In this document: positions 36,003 through 45,025 of the stretch, one piece after another
Layout of the letters: each line of letters begins with the position of its first letter
Position numbering within the stretch: the first letter of the stretch is position 1
Source of the DNA: SAR324 cluster bacterium
Lineage (GTDB): Bacteria; SAR324; NAC60-12
Assembly: GCA_022448485.1 (NCBI GenBank)
Contig: JAKUUI010000002.1
Coordinates: forward strand, 18,761 to 82,760
Length of the DNA: 64,000 nt
Reading direction: 5' to 3'
Translations under genes and position numbers: made by a program
The notes under the pieces: model-generated
The model's database searches: none
What the model saw: only the letters and a program-made list of their open reading frames with translations
What the model was told of the DNA's origin: nothing

Positions 36003-38748
36003 TTTTTCCTGCTTTTTGAAGTGTAGCAAGAACGCAGTCAGGTGTCGCTGGAACATGATGGATAGAAACTCCGGTGGCGTGCTTAATAGCACCTAGGATT
36101 GCAGGTGCTGTTGGAATCAATGCATGTTCACCAATTCCTTTGGCCCCGTATGGTCCCAACGGTTCCGGATCCTCAATCAAGATTACCTCGATTTCCGGCA
36201 TATCGCCAACTGTCGGCATAAGATAATCGTGCAGATTTTCACTGACCTTTTGTATGTACTCTTCCATTAGGGCCAATCCTAACCCTTGTGCGATTCCACC
36301 ATGAATCTGCCCTTCTACCTGAGTTGGATTGATGGTTTTCCCGACATCATGTGCAGCGGCAAGTCTCAGAACTTTAGTTGTTCCTAATAAAGTGTCCACT
36401 TCAACTTCAGCTATATGTGCTCCGAATCCGTAAGTTGCATATGGATTGCCTTGACGATTTTCATCGAGATGTGTTGTAGGTGGATCAAAGGTTCCCTTGC
36501 CCGTGAGTACATCACCACTTATTTGGGGTAAAATGTCAGAGAGAAGAATCACATGCTCACCAGAGTCATCTTTTGCTATTAGTTTTTCCCCCTCAATGTG
36601 AATAGTCGCTTTTTCAGAAGCTTCTGCATGATGAATGATTTGTGCTCTTAAATGTTCTCCTGCGAGTTGAGCTGCTTTTCCGGACACAAAAGTTTGTCTA
36701 GATGCAGAAGTTTTTCCTGCATCTGCGGTAAGGTCTGTGTCACCCATCACTAGATCAAATTGAGATGCTGGAATGCCCAGGGCATCCGCACAAATTTGAA
36801 CCATGATAGTGTTTGCTCCCTGTCCGATATCCATTGCTCCATTATACAAAGTAACTTTGCCTTCAGCATTTATACCGACACACATCGTGGAAGGGTTCGA
36901 CATTGAAGTGTTTCCGCATCCATACCAAACACATCCTGTACCGATCCCTCGTTTTGTATTAGCAGTTTTTTTATTGAACTCTTTTGCCTCTTTGCGCCAT
37001 TTGATCCAACGACTTTTAAGAGATTCTAAACACTCCACCTGTCCCACACTATTTTCAAGTAACTGGCCGGTGGCGGTTCGGTCTCCTTTCCGGAGAGCGT
37101 TCTTTATCCGAAACTCTAGAGCATCCATGCCAATCTTTTCAGCCAGTGCGTCCATTAGCGCTTCATGAGCAATGGCGGCCTGGGGGGTACCGAATCCACG
37201 GAAAGCCCCTGAAGGTGATTCGTTGGTGAACAATGCTCTGGTTTGGGAAAGCACATTAGGAACGAAATAAGGTCCGGTGCAGTGAATTGGAACCCTATCC
37301 GCAACTGTTGGCCCCCAGGAAGCATAGGCTCCTGTATTAAAATCCCCTCGATATTCAAAGGCAGTCAATTTTCCTTCACGGGTGCAACCGGCTTTTGCAT
37401 TCATGCGTACAGGATGTCTTTTGGTGGTTGAGGCCAGAGATTCAGGACGAGTGTAAATACAACGCACTGGACGATCGAGAATCCAAGCTGCAACCGCAAC
37501 CAAAGGTTGTAGTGAAATATCCAGTTTCCCACCAAAGCCACCACCGACTGCAGAGGGAATAATCCGAATCTGTTTCGGCTCAATGCCCAGTACTTGCGCC
37601 ACTTCTTCCTGATCCATGAACGGTGTTTGTGTGCAGACAAAGATTTCCAAGTTTTTCCCAACCTTGCAGGCATATCCTGCTTCAGGCTCAATGTATCCGT
37701 GCTCAATTGCTGAAGTGGTCCAGATTCCTTCGGCGACAGCATATGACTCTGAAAACCCTTTTTCAACATCACTTTTTTTCACGTAGCCCCTGGACAGAGT
37801 ATTGTCAGGAAATTGAGCTTGTACTGGTTCCAAATTTCCTGCTAGAGCACCATCCAAACCGCGGATGGCTTCTAGGGGTTCCCAACTCAATCCCAAATCC
37901 TCTTCGCTCACACAGTCAACACTTACCTGGTCACCAACCAATGCAAGCACGGCTTCTCCTCGGAAACGCACGTGGTTTTTCGCTAAAACGGGTTGATCTT
38001 TGATGTGTGGATAGATGCCGAAGCCATTGTTTCCCGGCACGTCGTCTGCGGTCAAAACTTTGACCAAACCGGGATATTTCTGCAGTACTTTTTCCGGGTC
38101 ATCATATGTGAATTTTGCACGTGGGTGTGGGGAACGGATGGCTCTAAGCCAAAGTGAATCATCCGGAGCCTGGTCTGCACCGAAAATTTCTTCTCCGGTG
38201 ATTTTTTTGCGCCCATCGACTTTTACCATGCGGGTGCCGACAGCATTTCCGGATTTTGGAACCGGCGGAGAAGACTGATCCTGCCCTGCTTTGAGTACGG
38301 CTTGAACTATTTTCGTGTATCCGGTACAGCGGCACAAGACGCCGCCGAGCGCGTCGAGCACTTGTTGTTCTGACGGGTTTGAAGTTTTGTACAACAAGGA
38401 TTGCGCCGCCATCAACATTCCTGGGGTGCAAATACCGCACTGAGCTGCGCCTTCGTCAAGAAATGCTTGTTGAAGTGGTGTCAGTTCTCCATTTTTTGAA
38501 AGTCCTTCTACGGTACGGACCTTACGGCCCCCCACCTGTCCGATTGCCGTCAAACAGGCATTGTGCTGCTTTCCGTCAATTAGGATTGTACAAGCCCCAC
38601 AGTCCCCTGCATCACAACCAACTTTGGTTCCAGTCAAGCACAAATCCTCTCGGAGTACATCAGAAAAACGGCGAAGTGGGTTAACAGAAAGAGTTTGTGG
38701 AGTGTCGTTCAGAATGAATGAAACGGTGATTTTTTCAGCTGTAATCAT
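35995..38748 (-). CDS. Xanthine-dehydrogenase-family molybdenum hydroxylase, fused [2Fe-2S] and molybdopterin-binding subunits
   Basis: 917 aa. The N-terminal CDAGDCGACT and CRCTGY are the two 2Fe-2S motifs. A large Moco domain follows, ending with the AKGIGEHA active-site-Glu-type motif. There is no CODH-type VAYRCSFR loop. Confidence 0.85.
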   Translation of the reverse strand: MITAEKITVSFILNDTPQTLSVNPLRRFSDVLREDLCLTGTKVGCDAGDCGACTILIDGKQHNACLTAIGQVGGRKVRTVEGLSKNGELTPLQQAFLDEGAAQCGICTPGMLMAAQSLLYKTSNPSEQQVLDALGGVLCRCTGYTKIVQAVLKAGQDQSSPPVPKSGNAVGTRMVKVDGRKKITGEEIFGADQAPDDSLWLRAIRSPHPRAKFTYDDPEKVLQKYPGLVKVLTADDVPGNNGFGIYPHIKDQPVLAKNHVRFRGEAVLALVGDQVSVDCVSEEDLGLSWEPLEAIRGLDGALAGNLEPVQAQFPDNTLSRGYVKKSDVEKGFSESYAVAEGIWTTSAIEHGYIEPEAGYACKVGKNLEIFVCTQTPFMDQEEVAQVLGIEPKQIRIIPSAVGGGFGGKLDISLQPLVAVAAWILDRPVRCIYTRPESLASTTKRHPVRMNAKAGCTREGKLTAFEYRGDFNTGAYASWGPTVADRVPIHCTGPYFVPNVLSQTRALFTNESPSGAFRGFGTPQAAIAHEALMDALAEKIGMDALEFRIKNALRKGDRTATGQLLENSVGQVECLESLKSRWIKWRKEAKEFNKKTANTKRGIGTGCVWYGCGNTSMSNPSTMCVGINAEGKVTLYNGAMDIGQGANTIMVQICADALGIPASQFDLVMGDTDLTADAGKTSASRQTFVSGKAAQLAGEHLRAQIIHHAEASEKATIHIEGEKLIAKDDSGEHVILLSDILPQISGDVLTGKGTFDPPTTHLDENRQGNPYATYGFGAHIAEVEVDTLLGTTKVLRLAAAHDVGKTINPTQVEGQIHGGIAQGLGLALMEEYIQKVSENLHDYLMPTVGDMPEIEVILIEDPEPLGPYGAKGIGEHALIPTAPAILGAIKHATGVSIHHVPATPDCVLATLQKAGKNG

Positions 38749-38750
38749 AT

Positions 38751-39575
38751 TTAAACAACTCCCGTGATAGCACGTTTCAATAACTCTGGAACGACGGCAT
38801 TTCTATAATTCGCTGAAGCACGCACATCATCGATCGGATCCAATAATTCCAAGTGCTTGGGATGAATCTCTATAGATTTGAGTCTTTGTCCAACACATTC
38901 CTTTTCTAGCAGCCGGAGCCGTTGCGCCACAGGTGAACAAGCACCAACAGCAACTTTGAGATTCAAAATCTCATCTTGTTCATTCAATTCGGCAACCACT
39001 CCTACCATTACAATCGAAATTACAAGATATGCTCGTATTCCTAGTTTCTCAAAATTACCGAATGCATTTTTTCCGGGATGAGGAACGAATATATTGCTGA
39101 CGAGTTCATCCTGTTTTTTTGCGGTCTTTCTATTTCCGAGAATGAATTCCTCCAGGGATAGTGTTCTAATACCTTGCATGGACTTCAGTTCTACCTTTGC
39201 ATCCAGTGCCATTAAATTTGGTACGCTGTCTGCTGCAGGAGATGCATTACAGATATTACCGCAAAGTGTTCCAGCATTTTGAGTCTGAATCCCACCAATC
39301 GTTTTTGCGGCTTTCTTCAGACCATCGAATGCAGATGGTAATTCGGCCTGAATGATGTCTGTCCATGTGGTTAACGCACCAAGAGAAAAGCCTTCATCTG
39401 TTTGTTGAATGGAACGAAGACCTTGGATTCCAGTTAAATCGAGTACTTTTTCGGTGATTGGCTTTCCGACTCTGGCAGGATAAAAATCGGTACCTCCTGC
39501 CAGCAGAGTCAATGGATATTCACTCAACGCAACAAGTGCGTCTTCAAGTTTATCTGGTCGAAAATACTTTAACAT
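38751..39575 (-). CDS. Molybdenum hydroxylase FAD-binding subunit (CoxM/XdhB-like)
   Basis: LLAGGTDFYPA is the FAD-binding motif. I prefer ATG 39575 (MLKYFRPDKLEDAL), because the ORF-track extension to 39650 adds 25 non-conserved-looking residues. Confidence 0.8.
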   Translation of the reverse strand: MLKYFRPDKLEDALVALSEYPLTLLAGGTDFYPARVGKPITEKVLDLTGIQGLRSIQQTDEGFSLGALTTWTDIIQAELPSAFDGLKKAAKTIGGIQTQNAGTLCGNICNASPAADSVPNLMALDAKVELKSMQGIRTLSLEEFILGNRKTAKKQDELVSNIFVPHPGKNAFGNFEKLGIRAYLVISIVMVGVVAELNEQDEILNLKVAVGACSPVAQRLRLLEKECVGQRLKSIEIHPKHLELLDPIDDVRASANYRNAVVPELLKRAITGVV

Positions 39576-39860
39576 CAGCAACTGTGTCTTATAAAAAAGC
39601 AGAAAAATCTTAATTATCTCGAGACCGAAAGTGGTTTTTTCCTGTACCAAAGCCTACCTTAAGAGAGTTGAGTTGACAACTCTAAAAAACTTCAAATATC
39701 AGTTTCAGATAACTTTGATTTGTCGTAAATTTGCTAACTTGAACACAAATCATAAATCAGAACTAAATTCCGGACCTGAAGATCATAACAATCTTGCCCG
39801 TAAAAATAATATAATGTAAGATGCTTATTGATTACTCCTCCAACAACAATCTATATTCTC

Positions 39861-42800
39861 ATGTTTGCCCACCTTCATCTTCACACGCAATACTCCCTGC
39901 TTGAGGGAGCAATTCGTATTAAAGATTTGGTAACTGCCCTCAAAAATAAAGGTTTTGAATCTTGTGCCATTACCGATCATGGGAACATGTTTGGAGTTAT
40001 TGAGTTTTATCATGCTTTAAGGGAATCAGGCTTGAAGCCGCTTATCGGAGTGGGTGCATCAGTTATTGATTGTGACTCTCCGGAAGCACCCAGCGGGTCC
40101 GGACGAAAAAACAACAACCTTAGACAGACACAATTTCTTTGTCAAAATCGACAGGGCTATCACAATCTTGGGTTTTTGGTAAGTCTTAGTTACACAGAGG
40201 GAAAGGTCAATGGGGTTCCCTGTATCAATCATCAGTTGCTGGAAAAATATAACGAAGGTTTGATTGCGCTTAGTGGCGGAATGAATGGTGAAATAAACCG
40301 GCATTTTCTTGATGGACGTTCAGATGAGGCACGTCGTGTTGCGCTGTGGTATCGAGACGTTTTTGCTGGACGTTATTACATTGAGCTGCAGAATACTGGA
40401 CTTCAGGAACAACTGGAATTGAACAAGCAGTTAATCCGTTTGGGGCATGAGCTCGACATTCCACTTGTTGGCACAAACGATTGTCTTTATCTTAGTTCTG
40501 AAGAAGCAGAGGCGCAGTACATTCTCTGGCTGATGGGCTTACAGCGCAGAATCACCGATGAAGGAGTTCCTCCACAGCTAGGAAACCAGCGTTACTTAAA
40601 AAGTCCTGAAGAAATGCTGACTGCTTTTGCGGAGCTTCCACTGATTGCTTTGGATAATACAAGTAAAATTGCAGAGCAATGCGAATTGTCACTGGAAAAT
40701 ACAAAATTTTATTTGCCACAAATTTCCACAAGAGAAAATGAAACTCTTGATTCAAAATTGCGGGATGATGCCGGAAAAGGTCTGAAATTACGTCTAGAAA
40801 AACTTTATAAGCTTTATGCTCCAGATGGATCGTTTGAGGAATTTCAGAAACCCTATCTTGAGCGTCTAAACTTTGAACTGGACGTTATTATTCAAATGAA
40901 ATTTCCTGGATATTTTTTGATTGTATCTGAGTTTATCAAATGGTCGAAAGAAAATGGTGTTTCAGTTGGTCCCGGGCGAGGCTCTGGAGCAGGTTCTTTG
41001 GTAGCTTATGCTTTGCTTATTACTGACGTTGATCCACTGCGTTACGGGTTACTATTTGAGCGTTTTCTTAATCCATACCGTGTCAGCCTGCCGGATTTTG
41101 ATATTGATTTTGATGTCGAGGGCCGAGAAAAAGTAATAGAGCATGTGCGTGAAAAATATGGTGAAAAAAATGTCTGCCAAATATCTACCTTTGGTTCACT
41201 CAAAGCGAAAGCAGTAGTGCGTGGTGTAGCTCGAGTGTTGGATTTTCCTTATTCGGAAGCAGATAAAATCGCAAAATTGATTCCGAATGATTTAAATATC
41301 ACACTGAATCAGGCTCTCGATAAAGAACCGAAATTGGCATTACTTGCTGCTGAAGGTAGTGAAAATGAACAACGTCTGATCAGATTCGGCAGGCAACTTG
41401 AAGATTTGAACACTCATTTGGGAACGCATGCCGCCGGAATGATTATCATGGATCAGGATATTCGTAAAGTGATGCCTGTTTGCACCGGAAAAGAAGGCGC
41501 ACTGCAGTCGATGTATCCGATGAAATATGCAGAAGACCAGGGTGCGGTCAAGTTTGATTTTCTTGGTTTGCAAAATCTTTCCACCATTGAAAATACGCTC
41601 GACTTGATCACTAAAAGCCGTCCGGGTTCAGCTAGTATCGACATCACCAGTATACCTATGGACGATCCCTTAACTTTTGATTTATTATGCAGGGCAGATA
41701 CTATTGGTGTGTTCCAGCTTGAATCGTCAGGCATGAAAAGGTTAGTAGCAAATATGCAGCCCTCAGTTTTTGAAGATATTGTCGCGATTCTGGCACTTTA
41801 TCGACCGGGTCCGCTTGGTTCAGGAATGGTAGAAGATTTTGTGCAGTGCAAACATGGGCGGAAGCGAGTTGTTTATCCTCACCCGCTGATGGCAGATATT
41901 TTGAGGGAAACATATGGTGTACTTGTCTACCAGGAGCAAATTATTCAAGGTGTGCAGGTTCTTGCTGGATTTTCGTTGGGGCAAGCGGATTTATTGCGTC
42001 GTGCGATTGGTAAAAAGACCCCTGAAGTTTTGGCGGAACAGCGTTTACAATTTGTGGAAGGGTGCCTGAAAAACCCGGAGTTTGTTGAACAATGTCCCCA
42101 AGCCAGCACTCCAGAAGAAAAAGCCAATGAAATATTTGACACAATTAATTATTTTTCTGGATACGGTTTTAATAAGTCTCACAGTGTAGCCTATGGCTTG
42201 ATTTCCTATCAAACTGCTTATCTCAAGGCACACTATCCAGTGCAGCTGATGGCCGCATTATTCAATGGTTCAATCAACAATCAAGACAACATTATCAGTT
42301 ACATCAGTGAATGTAAGGCTATGGGAGTTAAGGTATTACCTCCGGATGTAAATCATAGCGCAAAAACTTTTACGGTTGCACCTACTGAGTTCAGGATCTC
42401 AGTAAGAACACTAGTACATTTTGAACGTGATTTCAGTGGCATCAATCCTGACAGAGAAGCAGTTTCTGAAGAATGGCTGGAACCACTCCGGATGTCTTTA
42501 AAAAGGTTAAAAAATTATGATTTCAAGGATGAAGATGAATTCCTGAATCTAATTGCAAAAACCACAGAATCCATTAAACAGGAACTCAAAACTCAAAACT
42601 TGTCACCGGATCTTCCGGAAAAACCCAAAACGGAAATTTTTGATTATCAGTCTCCATTTTCTGCATGGCTGCGCCGGGAGGCAAGAGTTGAAGTTATTCG
42701 TTTTGGTTTGAATGCAGTAAAAAATGTTGGTGGAAAAGCTGTTGATGCTATTTTGAAGGCACGGAATGAACATGGACAATTAACTGATTTCATGGAATTT

Positions 42801-43709
42801 ATGAAAAAAGTTGATTTAAAGGATATCAATAGACGAATGTTTGAAACCCTAGTCAAATGCGGAGCCTTTGATTCACTGCATGGAAATCGTTCTCAGCTAT
42901 TTGCTGCACTCGACAGTGCCTTTCATTTAGCCCAGGAATTCCAGCGTGCTGAAGATCCTTCGCAGGATTCTTTGTTCGGACTGATGGATGCAGGCGATGC
43001 CAAAGCTACTGAAACCCAGCTTGAATTTCCTGAAGTCCGCACCTGGCCTAAACGGGAACGATTAAATCAAGAAAAGGCGGCACTCGGATTTTATGTTTCG
43101 GGGCATCCGCTGGACAGTTATGCCTCAGAAATTAAAATTCTTGCTACGACCACTGCTAAAATGAAAGAGGGGTTGCATGCAGAAAAAGACAAGGTATCTT
43201 TGGCCGGAATTATTGTCAATAACACCGTCCGTTTGAATCAAAGTAATACAAAATTTGCCATAATCACACTGGAAGATATGCGGGGAACACTTGAGTTTCC
43301 TGTCTTTGCCTCTGTTTACGAGGAGGCGGGAGAATTGCTGGAAAGCGACGAACCGCTTCTGATCACTGGACGGGTTAATTATAGGGGTGACGAAGTGGGT
43401 TTGTTTGTGGACAAAGTACACCAACTGAGTAGAATCAGGGAAACCGAAGCAAAAAGCATGTCGTTCAAAATTGGCTCAGAACCTTTGAATCAGGACTCCA
43501 TTAGTTTACTCAGGAACACATTGCAAAAATATTCCGGAGACAAGACTTTCACTATTACAATTCAAACCCCTGACGCTGCTTCTGTAATTATCACTCCGGA
43601 AGAGCGAATCAGTTTTGCTTCAGCATTAATTGAAGAGCTGGAGGAACTTTTTCCTAACCAAACACTGGAGTTCGGTTACTCATCTATTAAGAAATATCAG
43701 TTTCTCTAA
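39861..43709 (+). CDS. dnaE: DNA polymerase III alpha subunit
   Basis: The PHP motif MFAHLHLHTQYSLLEGA starts at ATG 39861, whereas the ORF track starts at TTG 39828. It has the polymerase core, the clamp-binding-type motif QDSLF at 42963..42977, and an OB/C-terminal region. It carries a roughly 100-aa insertion at 42390..42692. Confidence 0.9.
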   Translation: MFAHLHLHTQYSLLEGAIRIKDLVTALKNKGFESCAITDHGNMFGVIEFYHALRESGLKPLIGVGASVIDCDSPEAPSGSGRKNNNLRQTQFLCQNRQGYHNLGFLVSLSYTEGKVNGVPCINHQLLEKYNEGLIALSGGMNGEINRHFLDGRSDEARRVALWYRDVFAGRYYIELQNTGLQEQLELNKQLIRLGHELDIPLVGTNDCLYLSSEEAEAQYILWLMGLQRRITDEGVPPQLGNQRYLKSPEEMLTAFAELPLIALDNTSKIAEQCELSLENTKFYLPQISTRENETLDSKLRDDAGKGLKLRLEKLYKLYAPDGSFEEFQKPYLERLNFELDVIIQMKFPGYFLIVSEFIKWSKENGVSVGPGRGSGAGSLVAYALLITDVDPLRYGLLFERFLNPYRVSLPDFDIDFDVEGREKVIEHVREKYGEKNVCQISTFGSLKAKAVVRGVARVLDFPYSEADKIAKLIPNDLNITLNQALDKEPKLALLAAEGSENEQRLIRFGRQLEDLNTHLGTHAAGMIIMDQDIRKVMPVCTGKEGALQSMYPMKYAEDQGAVKFDFLGLQNLSTIENTLDLITKSRPGSASIDITSIPMDDPLTFDLLCRADTIGVFQLESSGMKRLVANMQPSVFEDIVAILALYRPGPLGSGMVEDFVQCKHGRKRVVYPHPLMADILRETYGVLVYQEQIIQGVQVLAGFSLGQADLLRRAIGKKTPEVLAEQRLQFVEGCLKNPEFVEQCPQASTPEEKANEIFDTINYFSGYGFNKSHSVAYGLISYQTAYLKAHYPVQLMAALFNGSINNQDNIISYISECKAMGVKVLPPDVNHSAKTFTVAPTEFRISVRTLVHFERDFSGINPDREAVSEEWLEPLRMSLKRLKNYDFKDEDEFLNLIAKTTESIKQELKTQNLSPDLPEKPKTEIFDYQSPFSAWLRREARVEVIRFGLNAVKNVGGKAVDAILKARNEHGQLTDFMEFMKKVDLKDINRRMFETLVKCGAFDSLHGNRSQLFAALDSAFHLAQEFQRAEDPSQDSLFGLMDAGDAKATETQLEFPEVRTWPKRERLNQEKAALGFYVSGHPLDSYASEIKILATTTAKMKEGLHAEKDKVSLAGIIVNNTVRLNQSNTKFAIITLEDMRGTLEFPVFASVYEEAGELLESDEPLLITGRVNYRGDEVGLFVDKVHQLSRIRETEAKSMSFKIGSEPLNQDSISLLRNTLQKYSGDKTFTITIQTPDAASVIITPEERISFASALIEELEELFPNQTLEFGYSSIKKYQFL

Positions 43710-43809
43710 AAAAATTTACTCGTTTTTTTAACCGTGATATTAGTATGCTTCTGGCGGAGAAATTATTAGATTTTGCTGCTATAACCCCAAATTAGAGAAG
43801 AGACAATTT

Positions 43810-45000
43810 TTGCTGACCTTTAACTACAAATGCAGTCTGTGCGATGCAACTTATGAAATCGACCCGGAACTGATGTTGTGTCCTGAATGCTCTTCCACGC
43901 ATGAGCCCGGACAGCCGCTGAGCGGGGTTCTGGAAGTGGAACTGAAAGGCACTTTGTCCAGTCAAGATCCGATGGACTTTTTGCCGGTAGAGCGACAATT
44001 CTTTCCAACAATACCTGTTGGGAATACTCCTCTATGGCATCCGGGAAATCTTTTGGAAAAATATGCTTTTCCAGAATTGTATTTGAAAGATGATGGAGTT
44101 AATCCTACCGGCTCATTGAAAGATAGGGCTTCTTTTTTGGTAGCTGCTTTTGCCCGCAGGCACGGGCTTGGTGAAGTAGTGGTAGCTTCGACAGGAAATG
44201 CAGGGTCTTCCATGGCCGGAGTCGGTGCTGCGGCTGGTCTGAAAGTGAAGCTCTTTTTGCCGAAAACGGCACCTCCGGCAAAAATGATCCAAGCCCTTCA
44301 ATATGGTGCAGATGTGGTGCTTGCAGAGAAAAATTATGATCAGGCCTTTTCACTTTCACTGGAATATTCTCAAACTCGTGGTGGAATGAACCGTAACACT
44401 GCTTATAATCCAATGACTATTGAAGGTAAAAAAACTGTATCTCTTGAGCTTTTCAACCAGCTCAAAAAATCTCCGGATCATGTTTTTGTCGGAGTCGGTG
44501 ACGGAGTGATTCTGTCTGGAATTTACAAAGGGTTTCGGGACTTGCTGCAACTTGGGCGGTTAGCCAAAATACCTGTCGTACACGCGATACAGGCATCCGG
44601 TAGTTCAGCAATTTACCGTGCGCTGGAATCCGGAGTTTTTGATGGGCGGTCTGCAAAAACTGTTGCGGACTCAATTTCTGTCGACGTACCAAGCAACGGT
44701 CGTCTGGCACTGAAAAATTTGAAAGCTTACAACGGAAGATGCGTTACTGTCACAGACGAAGAAATTTTATCTGCCCAAAAAGAGCTTTCTTCGGCCTGTG
44801 GACTTTTCTCTGAACCGGCTGCCGCCGCGGCATATGCTGGTTTTCTTAAACAGAAACCAATCTTAGACTCCAGTGAAACGTGTGTGGTTTTGCTCACCGG
44901 AAATGGATTGAAAGATATTAATTCTGCAGCAAATAATATTGTTATTCCTGAAAAAACCATTAATTCTCTTGATGAAATTTTCTATAACGGAATCGCTTAA
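43810..45000 (+). CDS. thrC: Threonine-synthase-family PLP enzyme with an N-terminal zinc-ribbon
   Basis: 396 aa with a TTG start. It has CSLCDATY...CPECS and the PLP-lysine motif NPTGSLKDRAS followed by ASTGNAGSS. Related paralogues such as cysteate synthase cannot be excluded. Confidence 0.65.
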   Translation: MLTFNYKCSLCDATYEIDPELMLCPECSSTHEPGQPLSGVLEVELKGTLSSQDPMDFLPVERQFFPTIPVGNTPLWHPGNLLEKYAFPELYLKDDGVNPTGSLKDRASFLVAAFARRHGLGEVVVASTGNAGSSMAGVGAAAGLKVKLFLPKTAPPAKMIQALQYGADVVLAEKNYDQAFSLSLEYSQTRGGMNRNTAYNPMTIEGKKTVSLELFNQLKKSPDHVFVGVGDGVILSGIYKGFRDLLQLGRLAKIPVVHAIQASGSSAIYRALESGVFDGRSAKTVADSISVDVPSNGRLALKNLKAYNGRCVTVTDEEILSAQKELSSACGLFSEPAAAAAYAGFLKQKPILDSSETCVVLLTGNGLKDINSAANNIVIPEKTINSLDEIFYNGIA

Positions 45001-45025
45001 ACATTCAACTTTTAATAAAAATAAT

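Noticed and set aside
39664-39683. Hairpin AGAGTTG-AGTTGA-CAACTCT followed by A-run in the region between the hydroxylase operon and dnaE.
   Set aside because: It is not positioned as a terminator for either flanking gene, because both are transcribed away from it. The stem is only 7 bp. It might be an operator, but I have no supporting evidence.
42390-42692. An intein or mobile insertion in dnaE.
   Set aside because: At about 101 aa it is too short for an intein. It lacks the Cys/Ser N-terminal and His-Asn C-terminal splice junction residues and has no endonuclease motifs. It is reported instead as a lineage-specific insert.
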